Shown: positions 1 to 12,900 of the stretch, piece after piece
How positions within the stretch are numbered: position 1 is the first letter of the stretch
How the letters are laid out: the number at the start of each line of letters is the position of its first letter
NCBI GenBank assembly: GCA_030390025.1
Contig: CM059432.1
Location: 116,438,001 to 116,502,000 of the forward strand
Direction of reading: 5' to 3'
Length of the DNA: 64,000 nt
From: Squalus acanthias
Taxonomy: Eukaryota
Notes under the pieces: model-generated
The model's input: the letters and a program-made list of their open reading frames with translations, nothing else
Told to the model about the DNA's origin: nothing
Databases searched by the model: none
Made by a program: the position numbers and the translations under genes

Positions 1-526
1 AGCTTAGAAGAGCGGACACTTCTTCAAAGAAGCACGCTTGCTGCGCACCAGCCTGGGGGGCGTACACGTTCACTAGATGAAGCGGCACATCCCCCAGGCG
101 AACAGTGACCTGGAGCAAGCGGCCCGGCACGTGCTCCTTGACCCCCAAGATCTCCGGCTGAAAATGCGGGGCCAGCAAGATGGCCACCCCACTGCAATTA
201 CTGGAGAGGTGACTCATGCTGACCCCTCCTTGCCACTCCAGGAGCCACGTTGCCTCGTCTCCCGGAACGGTGTGGGTTTCTTGCAGGAAGCACACCGCAT
301 ACCTCCCGTCCCGGAGGACCGAGAAGTTATTAAATCTGCGGTGTGCCTCTCTGCTGCTGTTGATGTTGAGGCTGGCTATGGTTATCACAGAATCCCCACA
401 GTGCAGATAGAGGCCATTTCGGCCCACCCTATCCCCGTAACCCCACGTATTTAATCCCCCTAACACTAAGGGTCAATTTATCGTAGCCAAATCAACCTAA
501 CCCGCACATCTTTGGACTATCTTCAT
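1..526 (-). pseudogene. Tx1 ORF2 N-terminus (AP endonuclease), interrupted after codon 3 by a SINE
   Basis: Removing 387-521 restores ATG(526) MKITIASLNINSSR...CFLQETH...SGVAILL...GRLL...LVNVYAP, which are APE motifs. Confidence 0.9.
387..517 (-). mobile_element. Truncated HE1-like V-SINE fragment
   Basis: Matches the body of the SINE at 22332-22756 (ctaacactaagggtcaattta...caacctaaccc...tttggact). Flanked by a TATC duplication at 383-386 and 518-521. Confidence 0.85.
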
Positions 527-556
527 GACAAGAGCATAGTGCAACCTCTACTTAAC

Positions 557-2631
557 CTAACGGGAGGAGGGAGAGCGGCCGCTAGTCGACCGCCACTCCC
601 TTTTCAGCCCAACGAAGAACTGACTCATCCGGCGCCGCTCGGATGGACTCACGCCCTCGTCCGTGCCCAAGGTTATGACTGCGGCACGGGTGGAGCACCG
701 GATCTGACCACCTGTCGAGGGCCAGCCTGATTTTGTTACGGCGACCCTGGCACATGGCCACAAAGTCCCGGAGCTCCGCAATGGGGATGAGGGAGGACTC
801 GGCGAGGGGCACGAGACTATCCGCCGCCTCACTGGCGACGGAGTCCGACTCGTCCTCAGTGCCCTCCGCCGGGTCCCCGTCCTCCTCCGGGGAGTCGTCA
901 TCGGCAGGCCCTGCCTCTGCCTCGATCCCACCCCCAGGATTGACGGCAGAGGAGTTCTCCCTGGGCTCCTCCGGGGGCGCCGGGTCAGGAAGCGGCGGCG
1001 GTTCGGGGCCCCCCTCCGCCCCGGGCACCGGGGTATACGGGGAAACCGGGGAGAAACTTAATTCCAGATCCCCAGGCGCCCGCGCCGGCAACGGAGTCAG
1101 GGGGCCTTCTTCTTCACCGCCCCCAGCCTCTGACCCAGCGGGCTGGGAAGCCTTATACAAAATCTCGACCATGTCGAGCAGCTCCTGGGAGATTTCCCGA
1201 CTGTCTTGGGCGAGCTCGGCGTCTTCAGCCTCACCTGCCCCAGTCCCTAGGGCGCTCGACACGGCGAGAGGTAACGGTTTTAAGAGTGTCTGCGTCGCGG
1301 GTGGTTCCGCGGCCCCCCCCCACGAGCAGGGTCCCTTCCCCATCCCCGGGAGGCACAGGCGGGACAGACTCATCTGTCGTACCCTCCCGAGGGACAGGCA
1401 ACTCCTGCAGAGTACTGATGGTGGTGACGGTGGGAGGGGGCGCATCACACACGACGAGCGACGATTCCTCTTGCAAGGAGGGAACCCGCTCCTCCTGGTC
1501 CTCCTCCTCCTCCTCCTCGGAGTTACGCCTCCTTTTCGGATTGGGGGGACCCGGGGGCTGGGAGACCTCCATACCTTCCGAGGCCTCACCCCCACTGCCG
1601 AGCGGGCTTTTTCGCAGTTCCCTCGGGCCTGAGCCCGGCCGCGGGTCTTGGTGTTTCCACCCCGGCGGTTGCGGCCTCGGGCCCGGGCATGAGGCCCCCC
1701 CCCCCACTCCCAGAACTCGCAGCCAACTTCGCGAGGCACGTGGGTGCGAGCTCCGGCAACTCGTCGTCGATGTCTAGCTCCACGAGGGGACCCGCTTTGA
1801 GGTGCTTAGTCTTCCGCCGTGCCTTCCCCCCGCCCAGACGTCCGCCACCCCCCCCCCCCGCCGGAGGCCGTGGTGACGTTGACCTCCGACGACGACCACG
1901 CATCAGGTGCTGCGGGCGGGATCGGGGGGAGGAACGGCGGCGGCGCCAGCCTTGGCCGCCTTGGATGTTCCGGCAGCCTTGGAGGCGGGACAGTTTTTCC
2001 GGATGTGCCCCACCTCCTTACAGGCGTGGCACCGCACACCGTCCGACGTCCAAAAGACGCGGTAGGCGGTCCCCCCGTGGTTTACTATAAAAGCGCCTTC
2101 CATGTCCTCCTCCCACACCAGCTGCACGAAGAGCTGGCGCCGGAAGGAGAAGACGTGCCGGAGGCTGGCCTTCCTGCAGCCGAGCGGAATCAGCGTGATC
2201 CCCGACCTCACCTCCCCCAGTTGACGTAGGTGGGGGGGGAGGAGCTGACCCGAAACAAAGGGCGGGACGTTTGATATAATGGTTCGCTGCGCGGTGGCCT
2301 CAGGCGGATCCACTGGCAGGAAGGTCCTGCCCACGGTGAGCCCCTTTTCGACGGCCAGGTACACCACCCGCTCCGACCCCAGGAAGAACACAGCCTTCCC
2401 GTACATTTTCGAGGCGGCGACGATGGCTGAAGGGCCGACAACCCCAGCCATGGCCTTCACACACGCCTCGATGGTCATGTTGGGGTGAGTGCAGCTGTTC
2501 ACCCCGTGCTTTTTAGTGACTAGGCGGAAAGGCGACGGGGCAGCAGAAGCAGTGGGATTAGCCGTGGCCATGGCTGCCACACCCGCGTATGACCTTGCCG
2601 GCCCCACCGCCGAAGATGATGGGCTCGCCAT
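557..2631 (-). pseudogene. Tx1 ORF1 (gag-like zinc-knuckle protein), frameshifted
   Basis: MASPSS...SAIVAASKMYGKAVFFL...IISNVPPF...FSFRRQ...CHACKEVGHIRKNC in the 1903-2751 ORF. The Pro/acidic tail and IPIAELRDF segment continue in other frames (582-1739, 557-931). Confidence 0.85.
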
Positions 2632-3266
2632 CGTGGGGTTACCTTGTAAAGGGCTACACTCACCCCAAGTCACAGGCCTGATGGAAATGGCCTTGGTTGT
2701 TTGTTTCTTTTTCCCCCTGAGCAGAGGGAGCTTTTTAATAGGTGAAGGCACACCTCGCCCCTTGTTGACTGAATTGGGAGAGGGGCCTTCTCCCCTCTGC
2801 TCAATAGGCGATTAATAAAAAGTGAGGTGCCTCTATAGAGAGAGAGACAGAGAGAGACAAAGAGAGAGAGAAAGGGGGGGTGGGAAGGAGGGAGGCCGCA
2901 GGGGCTGGGTCTCCACTCGAGATGGTGGGTGGGTGCATGCAGGGGTGCACTCTCCGATGTAAAAGAAAAGTCTTTGTTGAATGTCTCCTCTTCTGGTGGG
3001 GGGAGAAGATGTCTTCACCTGGGAAAAAAGCAAGCTGGAGATGCCCAGGCTCAGTCCACCACCAGGTCTTAACGATGTTTGAAATTAGATAATTAGTTGA
3101 GGACTTCGCCTGGGCAGCTCCAGCTGTCCCAGGTCAAGCAATGAGGAGGAGTGTTTACTGGTGATGTGTGTGGCCTAGTTTTTTGCAAGAGCCACACACA
3201 CACACACACACACACCCACCCCAGGATGTTTTTCTCCTTCTTTTCCTCCCCCCACCTAAATACAAA

Positions 3267-4016
3267 GGGCTGGATTTTGAATGACCCATGGAGTCGGGTT
3301 TGGAGGCGTGTGGGGGGTTAAATTTGCGGGGGCGGGGTTTCCGACCCCATCCCGCCTCCACGCAATTTTGACATAATCAGTCGTGGGGTTCCCGACTCCG
3401 TCCCGCCTTCAAGAGGCGGGAGAGGCCATTAAAGCCCTTAACAAGCTCTAAATTGGCTCTGTAATGCCATTTTGAAACGCTGTAGCTAGTTTAACCCTCT
3501 TCTGACGTGAAGCACGCCTGGTGTGAAACACTCCAGTGAAACCTGGCGGGAGCACAAGTGGATAGCTGACTATCGGCTGCAGGTCCACTATTACAACGGA
3601 GATGTGATGAAGGTAGTAGTAGTAGTATTAGGTCTGAATGTCGCCTCTGATGCTACTGCATTGAATGTCTTCAGAGACTGCCTGGGAGGACTTGCTTGGC
3701 AAAAAAATTCTCTCTCTCTCTCCCCTTCTCCTCTACCCCCACCCCATTTTTGCATCCAGGTCCACTCACATCAAAAGCCAGGCAGGTCCTCTCTCACCAA
3801 CAGTCTCTGAGACTAGGCAGTCAGCAATGATGACATCATCAGAGGCGACTTTCAGACTGAAAACACTAATTAGTTCATGGGTTCCCACATGCTCCAACTC
3901 AATTGCCCAATTAAGTGAAAATTGCATCAGGCATCCACATTAATCTGGAGTCGGGGGGGGAAACACGAAATGCGGATTACACGACCCCAACCCGACCCCA
4001 AGACAAAATCCAGCCC
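3267..4016. mobile_element. Non-autonomous Harbinger-type MITE (family M1), 750 bp
   Basis: TIR gggctggattttg/caaaatccagccc, 3-bp TSD AAA on both sides. Homologous to 13790-14540 in the opposite orientation. Confidence 0.9.
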
Positions 4017-4517
4017 AAAGTCTCTTGGAGAGTGCACCTTTACACCCACCTGTAGTTGTTTTCCAGATGGCTCTCCCTCCTTCCAAGCAGATGTTAATAA
4101 GGCTTGTTCCTTCTCCTTCCCTCTCTCCCTCTCCTTCAATGGAGACCAGTTGAGGAGGCAGTGATGGGATTAGCTTCCCTGGTGTTGGTTTCTCTCTTCT
4201 CCTCTCCTCTGGCACCTCAGTAGCAGCAGCAAAAGCAGTGCTGGATGTGGTCTCCACTCTCTCCTCTTCCTCCTGTGCATGGAGAGCAAGACCTCTCCTC
4301 TCCTCTCCTCTCCAGGCATCTCTGTAGCAGCAGCAGTAGTAGCAGGTGCTCCTCCTCCTCCTCCTCTTGCTCCTCGCAGAGAGACACAGACAAGGCCCCC
4401 AACAGCTCCTCTCCAAGTGCGACTGCTCCAGAGCTCTGCAGCCAGGAGAATGCACAGGCAACAGCCACTGCTCCACGCCCCACTCGTGCAAAGAGTCGAG
4501 GAGTCAATTCAACCTGT

Positions 4518-5275
4518 GAGTCTGGATTTTGATACTGGGGTGGGTTGGGGTCGTGTTATCCACTTTTCGTGTTATCCACCCGACTGCAATTGGATGTGGG
4601 AGATTGATGCGATTTTCACCTAATTGGGCAATTGAGTTCCAGCATGCGGGAACCCATGAACCAATTAGTGTTTTCAGTCTAAAAGTTGCCTCTGATGATG
4701 TCATCAGTGCTGCTGCATTGAAGGTCTGCAAAGACTGCCTGGCCTTCGCTGTGAGAGGACCTGGAGGCAAAATGAGCAGCAGCAGCCGCAACCCTAAGTC
4801 TGCTCCCAGATATTTTTGTACCTCCACCACTCCCAGATATTTCTCCTCCTCCTCCTCCTCCCTCCTACTACTACTACAACTACTACTACTACTACTACTA
4901 CTACCACTACTACTACCCACCACCAGCTACATCATCACATCTCCGTTGTAATAGTGGACCTGCAGCTGATAGTCAGCTATCAAAATGTGCTACCGCCAGG
5001 TTTCACATTCATGGTTCAGAACAGGCGTGCTTCACGCAGAAAAAGGGTTAAAATCACAAAGGCCTTGCAAAATGGCATTATAGAGGCAATTTAGTGCTTG
5101 TTAAGGGCCTTAACAGCCTATCCCGCCTCTTAGAGGCGGGACGGAGTCGGGACCAGCAGACATGATTTAATTAAAATTGCGTGGAGGTGGGCTTGTGCCC
5201 GCCCGCCAGTTTTCGCAATTTTAACCCTCCACATGCCTCTAAACCCACCTCCATGGGTCAATGAAAATTCTGCCC
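4518..5275. mobile_element. Diverged M1 MITE, inverted relative to 3267-4016
   Basis: Degenerate TIRs and a shared internal sequence (catcacatctccgttgtaatagtggacctgcagc). Confidence 0.8.
4845..4920. repeat. Compound (CCT)n(CTA)n microsatellite inside the MITE
   Basis: Directly visible. Confidence 0.9.
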
Positions 5276-5599
5276 AAAGAATTGTCAGTAATGAGCGGGC
5301 TGAAGCATCCCCGATAGATCAATGGCACTTTTGGGGCTTAATGCTAGAAGTACACTGCTTCCTAATTTTGTCCATATAAACTGGGTCTCCAGGGCAGCTA
5401 GGCTGTACGTTTCAATACAAAAGGGACAGCCCACAATTTTGCAGTTGCATTTTTGAAATATTTTTTGGTATCTATGTTGTTATTGTTTTTTTGGTCAACT
5501 CTGTAGCTGAAGTAGGTTTGTACCATGTTTTTTTGGTGCATCCATTTTTGGTTTCACTATTCATATTTAGAAGAAGAATAAGCAGACGAGGAACAGCGA

Positions 5600-6160
5600 G
5601 GAGCCAGGCTGGTCGAGTTATATTATAGGAGGACCACCATTCCTATCCAAACTGCAGAATACGTAGTGTTGGACTTATCTGAAGAACAATGTATGCCAAA
5701 GAGGCTGTGACAGATGTTGTGCTGCATGCCGCAAGTTGACTTGCAGCCAAACTCCGAGACAGGCATTGTATTGCCAGTGGCTGTCAAGATCACTTCAGCC
5801 CTGAACCTTTTTGCCCCAGGCTGATTCCACAGGACACATCAGCAATATCTATCTATCTGATACCCACAGAGGTATTAAGCTGATGAGTTGTTTGCCAGTG
5901 CAAACAACTTCATCACTTTTCCAATGGACAACTGGCAACAGCAGGAGAGGGGCCCGAGTTGTTTTTTAAATGGTAAGATTTCCAAAATCTGGGGCATCGT
6001 TCATTACACAAATGCAGCCATGCATGCCTCTGTACGCAACAGTGGTGCATTCATGAACTGCAAGGACTATCCATCCATCAGTGTGCAGCTTGTTTGTGAC
6101 CTTTTGCACAAGAACATACAGGTGAATGTTTGCTTTACTGAAAGCAGTCATGATACCTTT
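5600..6160 (+). pseudogene. Old Harbinger transposase relic
   Basis: Residual motifs LSEEQC, LPVAVKITSALNLFA and KDYPSISVQLVCD, with stops and frameshifts. Confidence 0.65.
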
Positions 6161-6439
6161 TTTTTTACCTTTATTTCAATTGGAAAGAAAAGTGCAATGC
6201 TGGCTCCTGGGAGAGCAAGGCTACTCTCTGCAGCTCTGACTCATTAGACCTAACCTATACTTCTCCAAATACAATTTGTGAGCTAAACCATTTTATAAGC
6301 AACAAGAAAAAGCTCAATACCCATCGGGATAGCAGAGGTAGCCAGGTTTACATCAGGTGAACATGAAATTATAAATAACTCCGTTGCACACACCCCAGCA
6401 AAAAAATTATGTGTAGAAGTTCTTATTAGCCACTTGAAA

Positions 6440-6582
6440 TATCATAGGAACAGGAGTAGGCCATTCTTCCCCGCAAACCTGTTCCACCATCCAATTAGAT
6501 CATGACTGATCTGTATCTTAATTCCATCTACCCACCTTGGTTCTGTAACCTTTAATACCCTTGCCTAACAAAAATCTATCTA
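6440..6582 (-). mobile_element. CR1/SINE 3' tail fragment
   Basis: ataggaacaggagtaggccattc matches the tails at 22332 and 52743. Confidence 0.6.
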
Positions 6583-7129
6583 CAATCATCGACAAAAAAA
6601 ATTAACAATAACACATTTATTTTAATATTCTCAATTCCTAATATAAAAGTAGAAATGAACACTAGCATATTGCCACATTACATGCAATGTGGAGTTAAAC
6701 TAAGAACCCAAGCAGACAAAGGAAGCACCGTGGGAAGATGCCCAAGGGATGTGATATTTTACTATGTTCAGAAATCAATAAACATAAGATTTGGTATACT
6801 TTCCTAGTATAAAGGGAAGATCAATTGCCTTTTTCCTATTTTTTTTCCTTGAGGATGACTGAATAAATTGCTGTTTCCATTTATTGGAAAATAAACATTT
6901 CCTTATTCAAAGATGACTGAAATTTAATACAGAATATAATGAATTGCATATGGTTAAACCATTTGAAAGCTAATCATTTAAAAGTTAATTAAATCAGCAA
7001 TGTAATTATGTGGTGTTGACATGTTTTGACGGATTAGCTTCAATTACCTGAGTCACCAATGGTAATTATTGTTTAATTATATGGAGTCTTAATGACAAGC
7101 AGCATCTTACCGTGCAGAATGTGAAAAGT

Positions 7130-8862
7130 TTTTTTTCACTCATTTATGGGATGTGGGCGTCGCTGGCAAGGCCAGCATTTATTGCCCATCCCTAATTGCC
7201 CTTGAGAAGGTGGTGGTGAGCCGCCTTCTTGAACCTCTGCAGTCCGTGTGGTGAAGGTACTCCCACAGTGCTGTTAGGGAGGGAGTTCCAGGATTTTGAC
7301 CCAGCGACGATGAAGGATCGACGATATATTTCTAAGTCAGGATGGTGTGTGACTTGGAGGGCAACTTGGAGGTGGTGGTGTTCCCATGCGCCTGCTGCCC
7401 TTGTCCTTCTAGGTGGAAGAGGTCTGGGGGGCGCTGCCGAATAAGCCTTGGCGAGTTGCTGCAGTGCATCTTCTAGATGGTACACACTGCAGCCATGGTG
7501 TGCCGGTGGTGGAGGGAGTGAATGTTTAAGGTAGTAGAGGAGGTGCCAATCAAGTGGGCTGCTTTGTCCTGGATTGAGTGTTGTTCGAGCTGCACTCATC
7601 CAGGCAAGTGGAGAGTATTCCATCACACTCCTTACTTGTGCCTTGTAGATGGTGGAAAGGCTTTGGGGAGTCAGGAGGTGAGACACTCGCCGCAGAATAC
7701 CCAGCCTCTGACCTGCTCTTGTTGCCACAGTATTTATGTGGCTGGTCCAGTTAAGTTTCTGGTCAATGGTGACCCCCAGGATGTTGATGGTGGGGGATTC
7801 GGCGATGGTAATGGCATTGACTGTCAAGGGGCGGTGTTTAGACTCTCGCTTGTTGGAGATAGTCATTGTCTGGCACTTCTGTGGTGCGAATGTTACCTGC
7901 CACTTATCAGACCAAGCCTGAACGTCGTCCAGGTCTTGTTGCATGCGGGCATGGACTGCTTTATTATCTGAGGAGTTGTGAATGGCGCTGAACACTGTGC
8001 GGTCATCAGCGAACATCCCCATTTCTGACCTTATGTTGGAGGGAAGGTCATTGATGAAGCAGCTGAAGATGGTTGGACCTAGCACACTGCCCTGAGGAAC
8101 TCCTGCAGCGATGTCCTGCGGCTGTGATGATTGACCTTCAACCACCACAACCATCTTTCTTTGTGCTAGGTATGACTCCAGCTTGTGGAGAGTTTTCCCC
8201 CGATTCCCATTGACTTCAGTTTTACTAGGTCTCCTTGATGCCACACTTGGTCAAATGCTGCCTGGATGTCAAGGGCAGTCACTCTCACCTCCCCTCTGTG
8301 ATTCAGCTCCTTTGTCCATGTTTGGACCAAGGCTGTAATGAGGTCGGGAGCTGAGTGGTCCTGGCGGAACCCAAACTGGGCATCAGTGAGCAGGTTATTG
8401 GTGAGTAAGTGCCGCTTGATAGCACTGTCGATGACACCTTCAATCACTTTGCTGATGATTGAGAGTAGACTGATGGGGCGGTAATTGGCCAGATTGAATT
8501 TGTTCTGCTTTTTGTGGACAGGACATACCTGGGCAGTTTTCTACATTGTCGGATAGATGCCAGTGTTGTAACTGTACTGGAACAGCTTGGCTAGAGGCGC
8601 GGCTAGTTCTGGAGCACAAGTCTTCAGCACGATAGCCGGGATGTTATCGGGGCCCATAGCCTTTGCTGTATCCAGTGCGCTCAGCCGTTTCTTGATATCA
8701 TGTGGAGTGAATCGAATTGGCTGAAGACTGGCTTCTGTGATGGTGGGGACCTCAGGAGTAGGCCAATATGGATCATCCACTCGGCACTTCTGACTGAAGA
8801 TGGTTGCAAACACTTCAGCCTTGTCTTTTGCACTCACATTCTGGGCTCCACCATTATTGAGG
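7130..8862 (-). mobile_element. 5'-truncated CR1-group LINE (RT and 3' end)
   Basis: KAMGPDNIP, QFGFRQ, ALDIQAAFDQVWH, GVPQGSVLGP and MFADD motifs across three broken ORFs. Confidence 0.9.
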
Positions 8863-8930
8863 TAATTGAGTAAGCTGCGTTTGTCAGTTGCAGTGGCATA
8901 AACTGCAAGATCTTTAAGTAACTACACTTA

Positions 8931-9778
8931 GGGCTGGATTTTGCCAATGGGGAGCTTTTGGAGGCGGGACTCCCACTTGTCGGGTTTCAGTCCCGCCTCC
9001 ATCAACTTCTGGCCAACCCACGCTCTTTTCCCTTGATTGACCTTGTTAAGCCCGCCCAGCGGGCTTAGCAGGCCAATTAAGGGAAAACCGGTTACAGCGA
9101 ACGTCAACATATGACGTTTCATCTGTCAAATATTTTTAACAGATGAATTGTCATCGTTTGACAGCTTTGTGAAGCTGTCAAACACTGACATTCTCTGTAG
9201 TTTGATGAGTTCTTGAATTCAAGACCTCATCAAACCTCTTTCTTTTGCAGAAATTAGATGGTTGTTGCATTGGAGAATGCAACGGCCATCTGTCATCTCT
9301 GCCGCAGAGGTGCGAGACTCTCCGCATATTCACCGATTGAAACCTGCAGGAAGAAACAAAGGTAAGTACACTTTTTCTAACACTTTCCACTTAGCTCACA
9401 TACTCACCTCTCCACACTTGCACCCATCACTTACCTTCACAGCGCACTTTTGCACTCCTCCGACCCCCGCAGACCCACTACTCGCCTCGGTGACCCTGGC
9501 GGGTTTCGGAGTCTTCGGGAAGCCCGCACTTGTGTGGGTAAAATGGGGATAATCCTCTTATCTGCCTGTTAACTACCTGTTAACAGGCAGATAAGTGGCA
9601 CTAATCCCCTTCTCCGCCTCCAAGGAGACGGGACTCAGTGCGGGACGGCTACCCGCCTCCTGGCAACATGGCACGGAAGCAGGTTGGGGGCGGGTTGGGC
9701 ACCTGCCCCCAAATTCTGCCATTTTCCCGGCAGTCCCACCTCCAGACCCGCCTCCCCAGGGCTGGCAAAATCCAGCCC
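8931..9778. mobile_element. Harbinger-type MITE (family M2), 848 bp
   Basis: Perfect 16-bp TIR gggctggattttgcca. No clean TSD. Homologous to 47090-47910. Confidence 0.85.
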
Positions 9779-9962
9779 ACTTTGATTCTCTACTAATACT
9801 TCTGGCCAGATCCAGTACCAAAGGATAATGAGATGTTTTTGGGATCCACAGAAACAGAGAAGGAGTACTTATCATCAGTATTCGATTGGGTAAGAATTGC
9901 CAAAGATCTTGGGATCAGCTGTGTGGGGGAAAATGGCAAAAATCACAGGCAGGGATCACTAT

Positions 9963-12900
9963 GGGCGCGATTTTCCCAATGGAGGCGGGTTTCGGTTTGG
10001 GTGGGTTCCAAACCCGCCTCCACTGACAGGTGGGAAAAATTTGCGATTTCCCCTAATTGGCCAGTTGATTTCAGAGGTGTGGGTTCCCCTGGGCCAATCA
10101 GTGTTTTGGGACTGAAACTCGCCTCTGCTGACGTCACTTATCCAGCTTCATTTAAGGGCCGCTTGCTGCCTTGGCTCATTCCACTGGTTTTTGGTCGATG
10201 CTGCACCACCTCCAAGCTTTTATCTGCTTCAAGAATGGCCAACTCCAAGGCAAGGGCCTCCCCGAGGTTCTCCGATGAGACACTGGGAATGCTGGTTGAG
10301 GGGGCGAGAGCCAGCAGGGAGGTGCTCTTCCCCTCATCTGGGAGGAAGAGGCCTCCCAAAGAAACCAAGGCTGTGTGGGTACAGCTGGCAAGGGACATCA
10401 CCTCCAGATCAGTGTGCAGCAGGATATGGCTGCAGTGCCGTAAAAGGTTCAATGACCTTGTAAGATCAGCTTGACCCTCCTTTTGCTCCCCTTCTCCTCT
10501 CATCACCAGCACTCTGCATTGTCAACCTCCTCCTCCACATCCCACTTTGCCCTTACAACCTTCACCATCCCTCTCACTCTATGAACCCAATCACTTCACT
10601 ATTTGACTATGCTGCCCTCACACTCCCTTTCAATGTTATGCAATGACAACGACTAACAATGCACAGGGAGGGCCCTTGGACATGAAACCTCACTCCATCT
10701 TTGTCTCCTTCTAAGCATCTATGCTGTCGACTCTCTACACTCATTCCATCATTCTCACTCCAACTCCACTTGTCTCCCTCACCGCAGGAAAAGAGAGCCC
10801 ACAATGGAAGGGAAAGGGCGAAGACAGGAGGAGGGCCACCTTCCCTAGCCCATCTCACCAGGCTGAAGAGGCGGCCCTGGACATCGCCGGCGCAGAGGTG
10901 GAGGTGGAAGTGGGGGACGGACAGACAGGCGATGCAGAGCAAGCTGGTGACAGAATAGGTTTACGTCTCTCTCATTTACACTGCTTGAGTGACTGAAATG
11001 GCTGCTGGTGTACATTAATAGAATGCCACTTGAGCATCTGCACTATTGCATGTGCATGCCACACTTCCGTGAAATGTCTAACCCATGCCTTTACTCCCCC
11101 ACAGGACCATCCACAGAGCCCCGTCAACCCCAACCCCCCACTGTCGACGAGGAAGAGGCTGAGCAGCAAGACTCCTCAGGGGAACCTGCAACCTCTGAGG
11201 ACGCAGCGTCAGCAGATGTAAGCGCGCCCAGCACCAGCGCAGATATGCACACCTCGGTGGGACCTTCGGGACATAGAGTAGTGTTGTCACCGTGTGTATC
11301 ACAGCTCACAGGTGGGCATCAGCAGGTGGTGGAGACAGGGACAGCAGTGGAGAGTCCTCAGCGGAGGTTGCAGGACTCTCCTAGCTCTGCTCCGCTGCAT
11401 GTGGACCCTGTGCCTCTGGGTCCATCCAGAAGGAGATCGGTGCTGGAACTCCAGGAGCAGGTGCAGGAGTCTCTGACAGGTCTTGTCTCCAGGGTCACTG
11501 CGAGTGTGGAGAGGATGGAGGAGTCCAACTCTAACATGAGCAGTGTCGTTGGGGAGGCAATGGCGCATATACACAGCACCACGGAAAGGATGGCAACCTC
11601 CATGGAGGGAATAAGTCGCCAGAGTCAAGAAAACATGGTGATTGTTCAGAATAGACTGACATCTCTGGAGGAGCGATGGGCAGCTATTGAGCAGAGAAAC
11701 CAGAGCTTCATGGAAGTCCTTTTGAGTAGGACTGCCAGTGCAGATACGGGTCCCCATGCCCCCCCTGATGTGCAGCAAGGTGCTCTCAAGCCACTTGCAA
11801 GTGCTGAGGTAGACTTGACCCATGAGAGGGAAGTTGGTGGCAGAGAACAAGGAAGTGGGGGCTCCTCTCCAAGCGCTCACACTTCCATGCCACTGCATAG
11901 CCGTTGGTCAGCGCCCCACCAGAGTCCTCACCCAACTGAGATGGGCGTCTCAGCCCCTGCACTGCCGCAGGATGAGCAGACGTTTGGCGAGCCCTCACAG
12001 GCTCGTAAACCCAGATGATGCCCGTCAAAGGTGTCGAAGCAGGAGCAGCATCAAAGTGAGCAAGGGGCCTCCACTTCTGCTGAAGCCACAGGGGGAGCAC
12101 TACGTCTGAGCACAGGTAAGAGAAAATTAACGTACCATTAGTCACAGGGGTAGGCACTTGGGTGATTGTTTCTGTTTATTGACGAAATGCCATCCCTGTT
12201 TGAATGTATAAAAATGAGGTGATGGCATCTGTTATTTTGCCTTAGGCAGCTCCACATTGTGGGCTCCGCGACACTTGTGTGGTCAGGTTGGTGGCCAGAG
12301 TGAAAGGAGGCCAGAGAGGCATGTTGAGGTAGCTCATCCTCTGTCTGTAAACCCTGAGAGGGGGGGTCTCTCCTGCGGCGACGTGCTGCCATGCGCTGGC
12401 GCCTTCTGCCCTGTGCAGCGTCAGGTGGGTGAGCAGGAGGTTGGGGCTCCTACTGCTGTTGCTGCTGAGCTGCCTGGTTCTGTTGCTGCCGTGGATGCTC
12501 CTCATCCTAATCTGAGGTCCATGGTGAAAGGAAATAAATGGTTCCCATGCTGCTGGCAGATACCTCCATTGGGGAAGCGCTCGGTCCAAGCGGGGAAAGG
12601 GTCTTCCAAGGAGATCCCACAGTTGAGAGATAGAAGCTGCAGCACCTCCGACTTTGGTAGGCCTGCTAAAAGTGCTGAAAGACCTGTGGAACAAAGGTTC
12701 TGCCATCTGCAACTGCTCCCTGATGAAAGCTCCGTTTTAATGGTGGAGCTGCAGCTGTGAGGAGGCCACCCTCTTGTTAACCCGCCAGGATCAGCTGGCG
12801 TGGTTTAGGAGGGTCGTGCAACACGCACAAAATGTGGTAAAATAACAAAGGTCTGTCAAAATAGGATTATAGAGGCCCTTAACGACTATTTAAGGGTCTT

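Larger units (their letters stand above)
1..3190 (-). mobile_element. Tx1-clade (L1-like) non-LTR retrotransposon, 5' part (5'UTR, ORF1, start of ORF2); runs off the window
   Basis: ORF1 with a CCHC knuckle followed by an APE endonuclease N-terminus. The 5' boundary, near the (CA)n tract at about 3193, is approximate. Confidence 0.85.

Noticed and set aside
733..2815. Long plus-strand ORFs over Tx1, and likewise over the Gypsy interior
   Set aside because: Antisense shadows of GC-rich TE coding sequence.
3940..4623. Overlapping ORFs of 95-183 aa
   Set aside because: Low-complexity CTC/CAG-rich sequence with no recognisable domain.
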